Positions 8,590-17,594 of a stretch of DNA of 64,000 bases are shown piece after piece. How positions within the stretch are numbered: position 1 is the first letter of the stretch; each line of letters opens with the position of its first letter. Location: positions 32,001-96,000 of the forward strand of contig CAWHDP010000002.1 of assembly GCA_963828125.1 (NCBI GenBank). Direction: 5' to 3'. The notes beneath the pieces were generated by a model. The model searched no databases and was not told the origin of the DNA. It saw only the letters and a program-made list of their open reading frames with translations. Origin of the DNA: an uncultured Chlamydiae bacterium. Its GTDB lineage: Bacteria > Chlamydiota > Chlamydiia > Chlamydiales > SM23-39. The position numbers were made by a program, and so were the translations under genes.

Positions 8590-9500
8590 TTTGGGGTGGC
8601 CGCAGTATAGATTGACAAAGTCAGCGCCTTTTGAAGGGTCGGGTATGTGAAAGAAAACCCTAGACGCTCTAGGGCGCGAGGTAACACTCTTTGGCTTGAG
8701 AGAAGCACAGTGGCAAATTCCCCAAGACCTAATCGGAGGACAAATGAGGGGATGGATAAGATTGTAGGCCTTTTTAAGATCGATCCAACCGTTTTTGTAA
8801 ATTCTATATTCCGAATGAGTTCCGGAGCGGCTGCATTGATGGGGCCGATGATTCGTAGATCACAGGCCGCCTGCATATAGATATTCACTAAATCGTCTAT
8901 ATGAATCCAGGGAAACCATTGTGTTCCGTGTCCTAATTTTCCTCCAAGACCCCATCGAAAAAGAGGGAGCATTTTAGAAAGAGCTCCTCCGTCTGGACTC
9001 AAAACAGTGGCTGTACGTATAGATACAGCGCGCATCCCCAAAGAGGAGAACATCTCTCTTGCTTTTTCACATGCTACGCAGGTAGAGGCAAGAAAATCTG
9101 TTCCATAACTACTTTGTTCATCAAGAATCTCATCCCCCCGATCCCCATAAAATCCAACTGCGGATGCGGAAATAAAACTTTTGGGCCTTTTTTTCTGTGT
9201 TAACAAAAAGTGATAGATCGCGTGGGCAGTTGTCAGTCTGCTGTCCAAAATCAGCTGTTTATAATTGTTCGTCCAACGATGAAAAATATTGGCTCCCGCA
9301 AGGTGGATGATTGCATCGCAATCGGCAAACACCGGAGGAACTTCTCCTTCCGCCAGATTGGTTTGAATAAAAACAATCTCCTTGTTCTCATGATTGGGCG
9401 GGTTGGGCCCTACAGCCACTACTTTGTGTCCTTGTTGATGAAGCGCTTTGCAAAGATGCGTCCCGATAAATCCAGAGCCGCCTGTGACAACTAGATACAT
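8583..9500 (-). CDS. TIGR01777 family NAD(P)-dependent epimerase/oxidoreductase (YfcH-like)
   Basis: TGGSGFIG, HLAGANI, SASAVGFYG, GLGGKLGHGTQWFPWIHIDD. Confidence 0.95.
   Translation of the reverse strand: MYLVVTGGSGFIGTHLCKALHQQGHKVVAVGPNPPNHENKEIVFIQTNLAEGEVPPVFADCDAIIHLAGANIFHRWTNNYKQLILDSRLTTAHAIYHFLLTQKKRPKSFISASAVGFYGDRGDEILDEQSSYGTDFLASTCVACEKAREMFSSLGMRAVSIRTATVLSPDGGALSKMLPLFRWGLGGKLGHGTQWFPWIHIDDLVNIYMQAACDLRIIGPINAAAPELIRNIEFTKTVGSILKRPTILSIPSFVLRLGLGEFATVLLSSQRVLPRALERLGFSFTYPTLQKALTLSIYTAATPKV
8589..8610 (-). repeat. Inverted copy of 22-bp repeat, overlaps 3' end of TIGR01777 gene
   Basis: TTTTGGGGTGGCCGCAGTATAG; encodes the terminal YTAATPK. Confidence 0.9.
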
Positions 9501-9537
9501 GGTTTCCTAGCGAATGGGTTCATTTTCTCGGCGCTGC

Positions 9538-11022
9538 CTAAATTCCTTCCGCAACCAGTTTTTTGTCCCGGTTGAACTGTTTGTTTAGCTGTCTGACTGA
9601 AAAAATCCAGAAAAAGACGGTACAGGCGATCAGCGGAAGGAGAAAGTGAGTGATGGAGAGAACCGAACCTGTTCCTGAGAGCTGGATGAGTACGATTTGG
9701 ATCCATGCGGCGCCCGATTTGCCCAATCTAGATCCGACAACGTCGATGGCTGCTTTCCCCTTCACCTTTGATTCTTGATCTAGCGGAATATAGGACATCT
9801 CTTTCGTCGCATCAAAAAAAGCGTATTTCATCACCTTGGTCGAGACGTTTTGGAAAGCGCCAAACAGGACGATCAGAAAGAGGGGCGAGGCGCCGAGCCA
9901 TCCTTGATTTAAGAAAAGGGTGAGGAAGATGAGGCTCGTGGCTCCAATCACGATGGGCGGGAGTTGGGCGGAAAAATGCCAGCCGAGTTTGCGGATGATC
10001 ATGCCGCTAAAAAAAACAGTGATGATAAAGGAGCAGACGCCGACAGATGAGCTAACGGTTGCCATAAAGGCTTGATAGGCGCCTGTTTCCGGGTAGGCGA
10101 GTTTAAGATTCGCTTTCCAGGTGACTTCGGTCAAGTTGATCGTGAGGCCATAGGCGACGACCATGACGGCGATATAGCGGAGATAAGGGGAGCGGATGAT
10201 GAATTTCAGGCTGTCGCGTAAGGAAAGCTTGGTCTTTTGATCCACCTGCTGCTCCCTATTTTCTGGCTGATAGAGCCGCTCGTCTTTCAGGATTTTACGG
10301 GTCAAAAGCCAATGTAGGGCCATGATCATAAAGCCGAAGCAGAGGATGCAGCAGACAAGGCTCTGAAGCGCGATCTCAAACTGGGAGGCGAGGTATTTGC
10401 CCGTAAAATAACAGACAAGGGGGCCGGTGAACATTTGGGCCAGATCGCCGCCGGCAATGAAAAGATTATAGCAACGTTTCGCCTCATTAAAATTGCAAAT
10501 CTGGTTGACAAAACCCCAAAAGAGGAGAAAGATCACGATGGCGCCCCAAAGCTCGGCAAGGACGAAAAAGAGCGATTGGATCCAGTTTCGGTAAATGGCG
10601 ATCCAATGGGTGTTGGCTTGCCCCATTCTTTCGAGAAGCCAGTCGGCTGATGTATGGGGAGAGAGGGTATCGAGGTTCGGATAGAGGATAAATCCATACA
10701 GAAATACAAAAGCCATAAAAAAAAGAATAATCCCATAAAAAAGGGTTGATCTCCGGAAGACGTTGGCTAATTTCGAGTAGAGGAGGGTAGCTCCCAGCGC
10801 GATCGGCAATACGATCCACCCTTTCAAGACGGGAATGACCTCAGCTCCAGACCCTTTTGCCGTAACCACGCAGGCGTCCTTCATGGTGGTGAGAACCCCA
10901 TAGGTGAAAGAAATAAAGAATTTCATGAAAAGAAGCGGAAGGACTTTCTTAAGTTCGTACGCATGCAACGGCCAGAGGCGTTTCCGCCATCGAGCCAGTG
11001 GAGAGTGATCTCCAAACGCCAT
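9538..11022 (-). CDS. NTT/TLC family nucleotide transporter (Npt1/Npt2-like)
   Basis: ELKKVLPL, GAEVIPVLKGW, AELWG, FDATKEMSYIPLD...KGKAAIDVVGSRLGKSG; many TM helices. Confidence 0.95.
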   Translation of the reverse strand: MAFGDHSPLARWRKRLWPLHAYELKKVLPLLFMKFFISFTYGVLTTMKDACVVTAKGSGAEVIPVLKGWIVLPIALGATLLYSKLANVFRRSTLFYGIILFFMAFVFLYGFILYPNLDTLSPHTSADWLLERMGQANTHWIAIYRNWIQSLFFVLAELWGAIVIFLLFWGFVNQICNFNEAKRCYNLFIAGGDLAQMFTGPLVCYFTGKYLASQFEIALQSLVCCILCFGFMIMALHWLLTRKILKDERLYQPENREQQVDQKTKLSLRDSLKFIIRSPYLRYIAVMVVAYGLTINLTEVTWKANLKLAYPETGAYQAFMATVSSSVGVCSFIITVFFSGMIIRKLGWHFSAQLPPIVIGATSLIFLTLFLNQGWLGASPLFLIVLFGAFQNVSTKVMKYAFFDATKEMSYIPLDQESKVKGKAAIDVVGSRLGKSGAAWIQIVLIQLSGTGSVLSITHFLLPLIACTVFFWIFSVRQLNKQFNRDKKLVAEGI

Positions 11023-11092
11023 CCAAAGTATCCGGTGTCTGATTCCTTAGACTTTATATACTAGGTCTTGTATAAATGTCACGGAGATTAAA

Positions 11093-11584
11093 ATGAAAAA
11101 AAGAATGATCCTTCTATTGACCTTGCCTCTCTTGGCTTTAGCGCTTTTCCAGATCGATTTTCAGGGGAAAGCGGTGGCGGGCTGCCCATTTTGCGATAGG
11201 GAGGTGTTGGAGCGACAAGTGTTTTATCGAGGACATGGGGCGCTGGGGGTGCTTACGCATAAGCCGGCTGTTCCCGGTCACGTGCTGATCATCCCAGAGC
11301 GGCATGTGGAGCGATTTGAAGAGCTGACCCCTGAGGATTTGGCGGCGCTGCAGGAGACGGTCAAAAAAGTCGACGCAGCGGTTCGAAAAAAATATGGGAA
11401 CACTGATTACCTCCTTTTGCAAAAAAACGGGAGGATGGCAGGGCAGACAGTACCCCACGTCCATTTCCACTATTTGCCAGCGAGTCGCTTTCTCGCTCTT
11501 CGGTACCTGGTTTCCCCCTGGTTCAAACCGATGAGCTTGGAAGAACTCAGGCAGGCAAACGGGGCTCTTTCTGAACTCTTTTAA
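11093..11584 (+). CDS. HIT family hydrolase with N-terminal hydrophobic segment
   Basis: CPFC, PGHVLIIP, AGQTVPHVHFH. Confidence 0.9.
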   Translation: MKKRMILLLTLPLLALALFQIDFQGKAVAGCPFCDREVLERQVFYRGHGALGVLTHKPAVPGHVLIIPERHVERFEELTPEDLAALQETVKKVDAAVRKKYGNTDYLLLQKNGRMAGQTVPHVHFHYLPASRFLALRYLVSPWFKPMSLEELRQANGALSELF

Positions 11585-12599
11585 GGATCTGCCGCCATTC
11601 GCGCCAGTCGTCTCTTAAACTTTTCTTCATGGCCCTGATCTGATTTCTGTCCGGGAGGGTCTGCATTTGCGCCAACTTGGCCGAGAGCTTTTCCGCGACT
11701 TCGACCACTTTTTGGACGGCGCTTGACTCTTTGAGTTTCTGAATCAGTTCGTCTTTATGCTGTAAGAGGAGATGGCGGGCAATCCGGTAATTGTTGACTC
11801 TCTTTATATCGTAGGCGAGGCCGAGTTTGTGAAGGGTCCAGATCAGCCATTTGGATGGGTCGAAATGATACCAGCGGATCCCGTTCCGATAGTCGTGGGC
11901 GAACGTATGGTGGTAGTTGTGATACCCTTCCCCATAAGTGAGGAGGGAAATCAGATAATTGTCGACGGCCGAGTGCTCCTGGCTATAATTTTTCGTCCCC
12001 CAATAGTGGGCGAGCGAATTGATGCACCAGGTCGTGTGGTGGAGGCAAAAGAGACGAACCCACCAGGCGAAGATAAAGGCTCCGAGATAATCTCCGAAAA
12101 ACGAGCCAACGGCAAGAAAGGTGAGGATGTTGGTCGCCAGCATGCACCAGATGTAGTGTTTGTGTTGGAATTGGAGCATTTTTCTCCGAGAGAGGTCTGC
12201 AACGACTTTGGGGTCGATTTCATTGGATTGGTAGAACATCCAAAGGATGTGGGCGTAGAGGAGCCCTTTTTTGACTGAATAGGGGTCTTTGTCGGTGTCT
12301 ACGTAGGCGTGGTGGAGCCGGTGGTCGTGGGCCCATTTGAGGGCGCTCCCTTGGGTCGCCAAGGTGCCAAAAAAGAGGAGAACCGCCTCAACGGCCGGGT
12401 GAACCTTATAGCAGTTATGTGAGTAATACCGGTGGTAGCAGGCGGTGATCGCCATGCCAGACAAGAACACGAGGGCAATCGTCGTCATCACAAGGCCGAA
12501 GGAGGGGGCGTGGTGCATAAAGTAAATGGGGAGGGCGATTGCCAAAAAGAGGTGATACCCGGCGATAAAAAGGAGGGTAGGCCAAGAAATTTTTTTCAT
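11547..12599 (-). CDS. Delta-9-type acyl-CoA/fatty acid desaturase
   Basis: His boxes HRYYSH, HRLHH, HNYHH; INSLAH. Confidence 0.95.
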   Translation of the reverse strand: MKKISWPTLLFIAGYHLFLAIALPIYFMHHAPSFGLVMTTIALVFLSGMAITACYHRYYSHNCYKVHPAVEAVLLFFGTLATQGSALKWAHDHRLHHAYVDTDKDPYSVKKGLLYAHILWMFYQSNEIDPKVVADLSRRKMLQFQHKHYIWCMLATNILTFLAVGSFFGDYLGAFIFAWWVRLFCLHHTTWCINSLAHYWGTKNYSQEHSAVDNYLISLLTYGEGYHNYHHTFAHDYRNGIRWYHFDPSKWLIWTLHKLGLAYDIKRVNNYRIARHLLLQHKDELIQKLKESSAVQKVVEVAEKLSAKLAQMQTLPDRNQIRAMKKSLRDDWREWRQILKRVQKEPRLPA

Positions 12600-12608
12600 A
12601 TTACGCCT

Positions 12609-12965
12609 TCAATGAATCTGTGTGTCGAGCATCAGTGTAATGGAATAGATGCAATAGCGCAACCCCTTTGGGGGTGGGCCATCGTGGAACACATGGCCGA
12701 GGCGCGCGTCGCATTTGCGGCAAAGGACCTCATACCTTTTTATTGGAAGGGTATGATCCTCTAGGTAATAAACGCTCTTTGAATCGATCGGCTTTGTGAA
12801 GCTGGGCCATCCGGCTCCTGAATCGTATTTGTCTTGAGAGTCGAAAAGGGGATTTTGGCAAACGGCGCATCTATAAACGCCGCTCTCTGATTCATAGAGA
12901 TATTTTCCACTAAAGGCCCGTTCGGGTCCTAAGAAAGAAAATAAAAAAATCAACGAAGATATCAT
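12609..12965 (-). CDS. msrB: Peptide-methionine (R)-S-oxide reductase
   Basis: CxxC x2, SGAGWPSF, GHVFHDGP, RYCI. Confidence 0.9.
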   Translation of the reverse strand: MISSLIFLFSFLGPERAFSGKYLYESESGVYRCAVCQNPLFDSQDKYDSGAGWPSFTKPIDSKSVYYLEDHTLPIKRYEVLCRKCDARLGHVFHDGPPPKGLRYCIYSITLMLDTQIH

Positions 12966-12995
12966 AATCTCCTATATAGTGTTGGGAGGTGATTT

Positions 12996-13346
12996 ATGGA
13001 AGAGCGGATTGAGGTGCGGGTTCCCCCTGAGACGGTGTGGCAGGCGTGGGAGAGGGCGCACGAAAATAAACTGCAAGAGGGAATCCAAGGGAAGAGTTCA
13101 TTCCGGTATCAGATTCTCAATGTGAAAAAAGGGGAGAGTTTTTCGATTCTCTGGAAGACCATGTTCGTCCGTCTCCTTTTTAGCCATGCGGTCAGGCCCA
13201 TGAGATCTGGCTCTCAGATTCTTTATAAAGTAGAGATCCGGGGACTCTTTGCATGGCCAGTGCGCTGGCTCATCGGCGGTAAAATCCGAAACAACCTGCG
13301 GCTCGTGCTGCAGGCGATGGTGCGGCAGCTAGAAAATCTAAGATAG
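12996..13346 (+). CDS. SRPBCC/polyketide-cyclase-like protein
   Basis: IEVRVPPETVW N-terminus and C-terminal helix typical of START/SRPBCC; GGAGGT RBS. Confidence 0.55.
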   Translation: MEERIEVRVPPETVWQAWERAHENKLQEGIQGKSSFRYQILNVKKGESFSILWKTMFVRLLFSHAVRPMRSGSQILYKVEIRGLFAWPVRWLIGGKIRNNLRLVLQAMVRQLENLR

Positions 13347-13541
13347 ATTTTTAACGTGGGTCGCCTCAGGCCCCTTCCGCCCAAGTTCGAGTTCGTATTC
13401 GACCCGCTGCCCTTCCATGAGATGTTCGTCTGGGGTTTCAATATTCTTGGTTTGAACATAGATATCCCTTCCCCCCTCATCGGCCATAATGAATCCAAAC
13501 CCTTTTTCCTTGTTGTACCACTTCACAGTCCCTTTTGCCAT
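13338..13541 (-). CDS. Cold-shock domain protein
   Basis: GTVKWYNKEKGFGFI...GQRVEY...KGPEA. Confidence 0.95.
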   Translation of the reverse strand: MAKGTVKWYNKEKGFGFIMADEGGRDIYVQTKNIETPDEHLMEGQRVEYELELGRKGPEATHVKNLS

Positions 13542-13548
13542 ATATACC

Positions 13549-14826
13549 TCATAAAATAGGCTTGCTTAAAACTTCGTCCTCGCCTTCGCTTTTCGCGACC
13601 AAAATAGCGCAGCAACTATCGCTGAAAACATTGACCGTGGTACGACACATATCGAGAAGACGGTCGACTGCGACAAAAAGGCCGATCCCTTCGACGGGCA
13701 ATCCGACGACCCTCAAAATAATGATGATGGCAACGAGGCTTGCCGAGGGGATCCCCGCAACGCCAATGGAAGTGACCAAGGAGAGGAGCACAATGAGGAA
13801 TTGGGTCGCAAAGTTCAGCTCGACCCCATAGGCTTGGGCGACGAAAATAGCGGCTACGCATTCATAAAGGGCGGAGCCAGACATATTGATCGATGTGCCG
13901 AGGGGGACGACCAGACTGCAAATCCGGTTGGAGACGCCGGCCCGTTTCTCTACGCAATCCATCGTGATCGGGAGAGTTGCCGAGGAGGAACTGGTCGAAA
14001 AGGCGGTCGCGAGGGCAGGGCCCATGGCTTGGAAATGGCGGATGGGACTCACTCGGGCGACCCATTTGAGTAGAAGGGGGAGTCCGATGAACATAAAGAC
14101 AATCAGGCCGAGCATCACTGCGACGAAAAAGAGGGACACCGATTTTAAGGAGCTGACCCCCGTCGACATAAAGACCTTGGCTACCAGGCAAAAAACCCCG
14201 ATGGGCAAGAATTTCATGATGATCTGGGTCACCTGGATCATCGTTTGAAAAATCCCCTGAAAAAAGCTCTGGAGTACGGAACTCGCTTGCCCTTCGATTT
14301 TTGAAAGGGCGTAGCCGAAGAGGATGCTAAAGAAAATGAGGCCAAGCATTTCTCCACGGGAAAACGCGGCTACGATGTTGGAGGGGACGATGGACATCAA
14401 CACTTCGAGAAGCGCTCCAGCCCCTTTTTGCATCATTTTCTCTTTGAGAGCCGAGGCGTCGCCCTCCTCTAGGCCCGGCGGGGCGCCCGCATAATCGGTT
14501 CCAGGGGCGATCAAATTGACAAAGAAAAGGCCGATCAGAATAGCCAAAAGGCTCGTTCCGATGTAGAAGAGGAACATTTTGCCTCCGAGCCTGCCGAACG
14601 CCCCTTCGTTGCCGATCCGCGCAATCCCGCTGATGATCGATGAGGAGACGAGCGGGACGACGACAAGCATCAAGGCGTTGAGAAAAATGGCGCCGGCCGT
14701 ATCCGCCATCGCATAGAATGTGATGTCGAACACACTGGTGTGGCGGCCGACATAGCTCCCAAAGGCGATCGCCAAAACAATGGCCACGAATACGGCCCAT
14801 GGACGCTTTTGTGTTTTTTTCGTCAT
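13549..14826 (-). CDS. Dicarboxylate/amino acid:cation symporter (DAACS, GltP-like)
   Basis: FSTSSSSATLP, GTSINMSGSALYE, DRLLDMCRTTVNV. Confidence 0.95.
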   Translation of the reverse strand: MTKKTQKRPWAVFVAIVLAIAFGSYVGRHTSVFDITFYAMADTAGAIFLNALMLVVVPLVSSSIISGIARIGNEGAFGRLGGKMFLFYIGTSLLAILIGLFFVNLIAPGTDYAGAPPGLEEGDASALKEKMMQKGAGALLEVLMSIVPSNIVAAFSRGEMLGLIFFSILFGYALSKIEGQASSVLQSFFQGIFQTMIQVTQIIMKFLPIGVFCLVAKVFMSTGVSSLKSVSLFFVAVMLGLIVFMFIGLPLLLKWVARVSPIRHFQAMGPALATAFSTSSSSATLPITMDCVEKRAGVSNRICSLVVPLGTSINMSGSALYECVAAIFVAQAYGVELNFATQFLIVLLSLVTSIGVAGIPSASLVAIIIILRVVGLPVEGIGLFVAVDRLLDMCRTTVNVFSDSCCAILVAKSEGEDEVLSKPIL

Positions 14827-15236
14827 TTTGGCTCCGGCTCTAGAAAAGCGAATGAGGCGCCGGCGCCAATTTGATGATTTTTAAACCACCCCTGGGGCAC
14901 TTCTAACGCATAGAGGGCCGGGGCGGCGCTCTTGTATCGGATAAAGGTATTTCCGACGGGCGGATCCATGTCCAAGACATTGATGAGCAAACGGTTTTCG
15001 TCAAAAAAAGCGACCGAGAGGGGAATGTAGGTGTTCTTCATCCAAAAGATGAGCGGCTCAGCTTTTTCATAGACAAACAGCATCCCTTCTCCTTCAGGTA
15101 GACCAGCCCTCCCCATCAGTCCTCTGGCACGGGACTCATGGGTGTCTGCGACTTCCACGGATAGAATCTCTTTGCCGATCTGAATATACTCTCCGAAGAG
15201 CGTAGAAAGAGCAACCAAAAAAAACAGACAACGCAT
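14823..15236 (-). CDS. DUF192 family protein
   Basis: VEVADT...RARGLM...GMLF...FWMKNTYIPLSVAF...YALEV. Confidence 0.9.
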   Translation of the reverse strand: MRCLFFLVALSTLFGEYIQIGKEILSVEVADTHESRARGLMGRAGLPEGEGMLFVYEKAEPLIFWMKNTYIPLSVAFFDENRLLINVLDMDPPVGNTFIRYKSAAPALYALEVPQGWFKNHQIGAGASFAFLEPEPK

Positions 15237-15250
15237 ATGATGAAAATTAT

Positions 15251-16222
15251 ATGCTACGGGGATTGTTTTTGTCTGCTCTCATTTGCGCTTTCCCCCTTTA
15301 TCCGATCCACGTCCCCTTCCACCGCACTCTCAAGCCCCACCCGAATATTAGCGCTCCTTGGTTCACTGGCCCCCTTCTGGCCCCTTCTGCCTTGACGATT
15401 CCTTTCGGCCACTATAATATCGAACCGTATATTTACGGACTGGCCAACACCGGCGCTTACGATGGCCATTGGCAACCGGTCAAAAAGGAAAATTTTTGGA
15501 ACAACTACTTTCAGACGCTCCTCGCATTCGGCGTCAACAATTGGGCCGATTTTCAGTGCAATCCAACCCTTTTCTATAACTATTCGGACTCCTCCGCAAA
15601 ATGGGCGCTCGGAGATATGCCGATCGCCTTCGATTTTCAGCTCTACCATCCGACTCGCACTCTCACTGAATGGAACGTCGCCGTAAAACTCACTTTGAAG
15701 GAGACCTTGCCTCTCGGAAAATACCGCAATCTCGATCCGAAAAAACGGCTTACTGATGTGGGGGGCATGGGGTCGTGGCAGACGGCCGCGAGTCTTGTTG
15801 TAGGCAACATGTTTTATTTGGGGAGGAGCCATTTTTTGACTTGGCGCACGAGCTTCCAGTATACATGGCCCGCTCCAGTTTATGTAAAAAATTTGAATGT
15901 TTACGGCGGAGAAAAGGGGACTAGGGGCACCGTCTACCCGGCTCAAAATTTCCAGATCGATTCGGCGATAGAGGTGAATTTGACACAACATTGGGCCTTT
16001 GCTATGGATATTGTCGGCGCTTGGTCTGGCAAAACCCGTTTTAAAGGGAAAACGGCCGCTCTCAACGCGGCCCCTCCGGGCGCTCAGTTCAGCCTGGCTC
16101 CTGCCATCGAATATAATTTTAATGCCAACATCGGGATCATTTTTGGACCCTGGTTCACCTTGGGCGGCAGAAACGCCATTGAATTTGCAAGCGGCGTATT
16201 TGCGTTTAATTACTATAACTAA
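15251..16222 (+). CDS. Putative exported/outer-membrane beta-barrel protein
   Basis: Signal peptide, WFTGPLLAPS, aromatic-rich amphipathic strands, C-terminal FAFNYYN. Confidence 0.65.
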   Translation: MLRGLFLSALICAFPLYPIHVPFHRTLKPHPNISAPWFTGPLLAPSALTIPFGHYNIEPYIYGLANTGAYDGHWQPVKKENFWNNYFQTLLAFGVNNWADFQCNPTLFYNYSDSSAKWALGDMPIAFDFQLYHPTRTLTEWNVAVKLTLKETLPLGKYRNLDPKKRLTDVGGMGSWQTAASLVVGNMFYLGRSHFLTWRTSFQYTWPAPVYVKNLNVYGGEKGTRGTVYPAQNFQIDSAIEVNLTQHWAFAMDIVGAWSGKTRFKGKTAALNAAPPGAQFSLAPAIEYNFNANIGIIFGPWFTLGGRNAIEFASGVFAFNYYN

Positions 16223-16295
16223 AAGATTGTTTTTCATTCTTTTTTAATTGTGTGTATACTATAGTGTATCTAAATTAACTAAATGTAGGTTATCT

Positions 16296-17126
16296 ATGGG
16301 AAATATAAGTACAATTTTAGCTGCTATCTTATGCGCCGCTGCGCCTCTTGCCTCGATGGAGGTGAAAGACCCAAAAACGGAAATGAGACAATCGGCAGAT
16401 CAATTGGGCAGCCGTACGGTTTCATCGATCCGCGCCGCCTATCAAAACGGGGATTATCGTGAATTTTTTAGTGGAATGGACGCCTCTCACAAAGCAGCCG
16501 ATCTATCTGGGCTGACACAGATGCGCGAGAAAGAGATTCCGCTCCAATTCCAACAAGAGTGGGAACAGCGGTTCACCGACCTTCGGATGGAGAAGAACAG
16601 AGATTTATTGGGAGCTATTTCTGATAGCGACGACTCGCTCTTCGCTGAAAAAGTTCGCTCTGTGGCGGCGAATCTCACAACGCCCGAACAGGAAAAAGCT
16701 CTCTCTCGCCTCCACTCTCTTCTTACTATGGCGCCAGGAACAGGGGCCAATGAAGATGAAAATAGGTTGATCGACATCGATATAGAGTATGAATACAAAA
16801 TCCTTCACGCCGAAATCCCCTCTAGCGACGTCTCTTTGCAGCAGCAACAGGAACAGCAAATCGCCCTCCGGATGGAGAAGATGGATAAAATGGTCGAGGC
16901 TTCGAAAACTTTCCAAGACTTGTCGCTCAAGCAAGCTGTTGGCATTGCCGCCGCCACGCTCGATCAAAGGCTCGCGCGCAACTTAGATGGAGCCGATCTC
17001 AATGCCCTTGCCAAAGGGAAAGTGAAGCCTTCGAACGAAACAGAGGAAAAGGTCTACTCGATCCTCTCTTCTTATCAAGGGAAATTCTCCGATTTGATGA
17101 AAGAACTCGACCATGCGAATCGGTAA
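16296..17126 (+). CDS. Hypothetical exported helical protein
   Basis: Signal-like MGNISTILAAILCAAAPLA from ATG 16296. Confidence 0.7.
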   Translation: MGNISTILAAILCAAAPLASMEVKDPKTEMRQSADQLGSRTVSSIRAAYQNGDYREFFSGMDASHKAADLSGLTQMREKEIPLQFQQEWEQRFTDLRMEKNRDLLGAISDSDDSLFAEKVRSVAANLTTPEQEKALSRLHSLLTMAPGTGANEDENRLIDIDIEYEYKILHAEIPSSDVSLQQQQEQQIALRMEKMDKMVEASKTFQDLSLKQAVGIAAATLDQRLARNLDGADLNALAKGKVKPSNETEEKVYSILSSYQGKFSDLMKELDHANR

Positions 17127-17454
17127 ACTGCTGATTGTTTCCATGGTGGCGCTCGCATCTTGCGCCACCCTCTATCAAAAAGAGGGGATCTTTACAAACG
17201 GCTATTCCGATCTCCGCGCAGGGAAGGATATTTTTGTCGTTACATTCAGGGCCAATGAATTCACCCCTGCAGAAAAAGTGAGGAAATACGCCCTCAAACG
17301 GGCTGCTGCGATCGCAGCGAAGAACGGATACCGATACTTTGTCGTACTCGATGAGACCGGAGAGGGGAAACATCTCTTTTACCCATCGCTCCGCCTGACC
17401 ATCCAGTGCTTCCACGAAAAGCCGATGAACCCGATGGCCATCGACGTCAAATGA
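17113..17454 (+). CDS. Lipoprotein (CC0125/CC1285-like)
   Basis: Lipobox LASC; GYSD...VTFRANEFT...ALKRAA...GYRYFVV. Confidence 0.8.
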   Translation: MRIGKLLIVSMVALASCATLYQKEGIFTNGYSDLRAGKDIFVVTFRANEFTPAEKVRKYALKRAAAIAAKNGYRYFVVLDETGEGKHLFYPSLRLTIQCFHEKPMNPMAIDVK

Positions 17455-17472
17455 TTTTAAGGATCCATGAAA

Positions 17473-17554
17473 TGCCCAGAATAGGACTCGAACCTACACG
17501 CCTTGCGGCACCAGAACCTAAATCTGGCATGTCTACCAATTTCACCATCTGGGC
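17473..17554 (-). tRNA. tRNA-Leu (anticodon TAG)
   Basis: GCCCAGATGGTGAAATTGGTAGAC...CCAGA-TTTAGGT-TCTGG, long variable arm, GGTTCGAGTCC, TCTGGGCA; CCA not encoded. Confidence 0.97.
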
Positions 17555-17594
17555 AAAATAGGCAGTTTACGCAAAAAAGGGTCTTTTGATCAAT

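Noticed and set aside
15254..16237. 327-aa antisense ORF covering the beta-barrel-like gene
   Set aside because: No motif or RBS; it mirrors the sense gene, which has a signal peptide. Treated as a shadow ORF.
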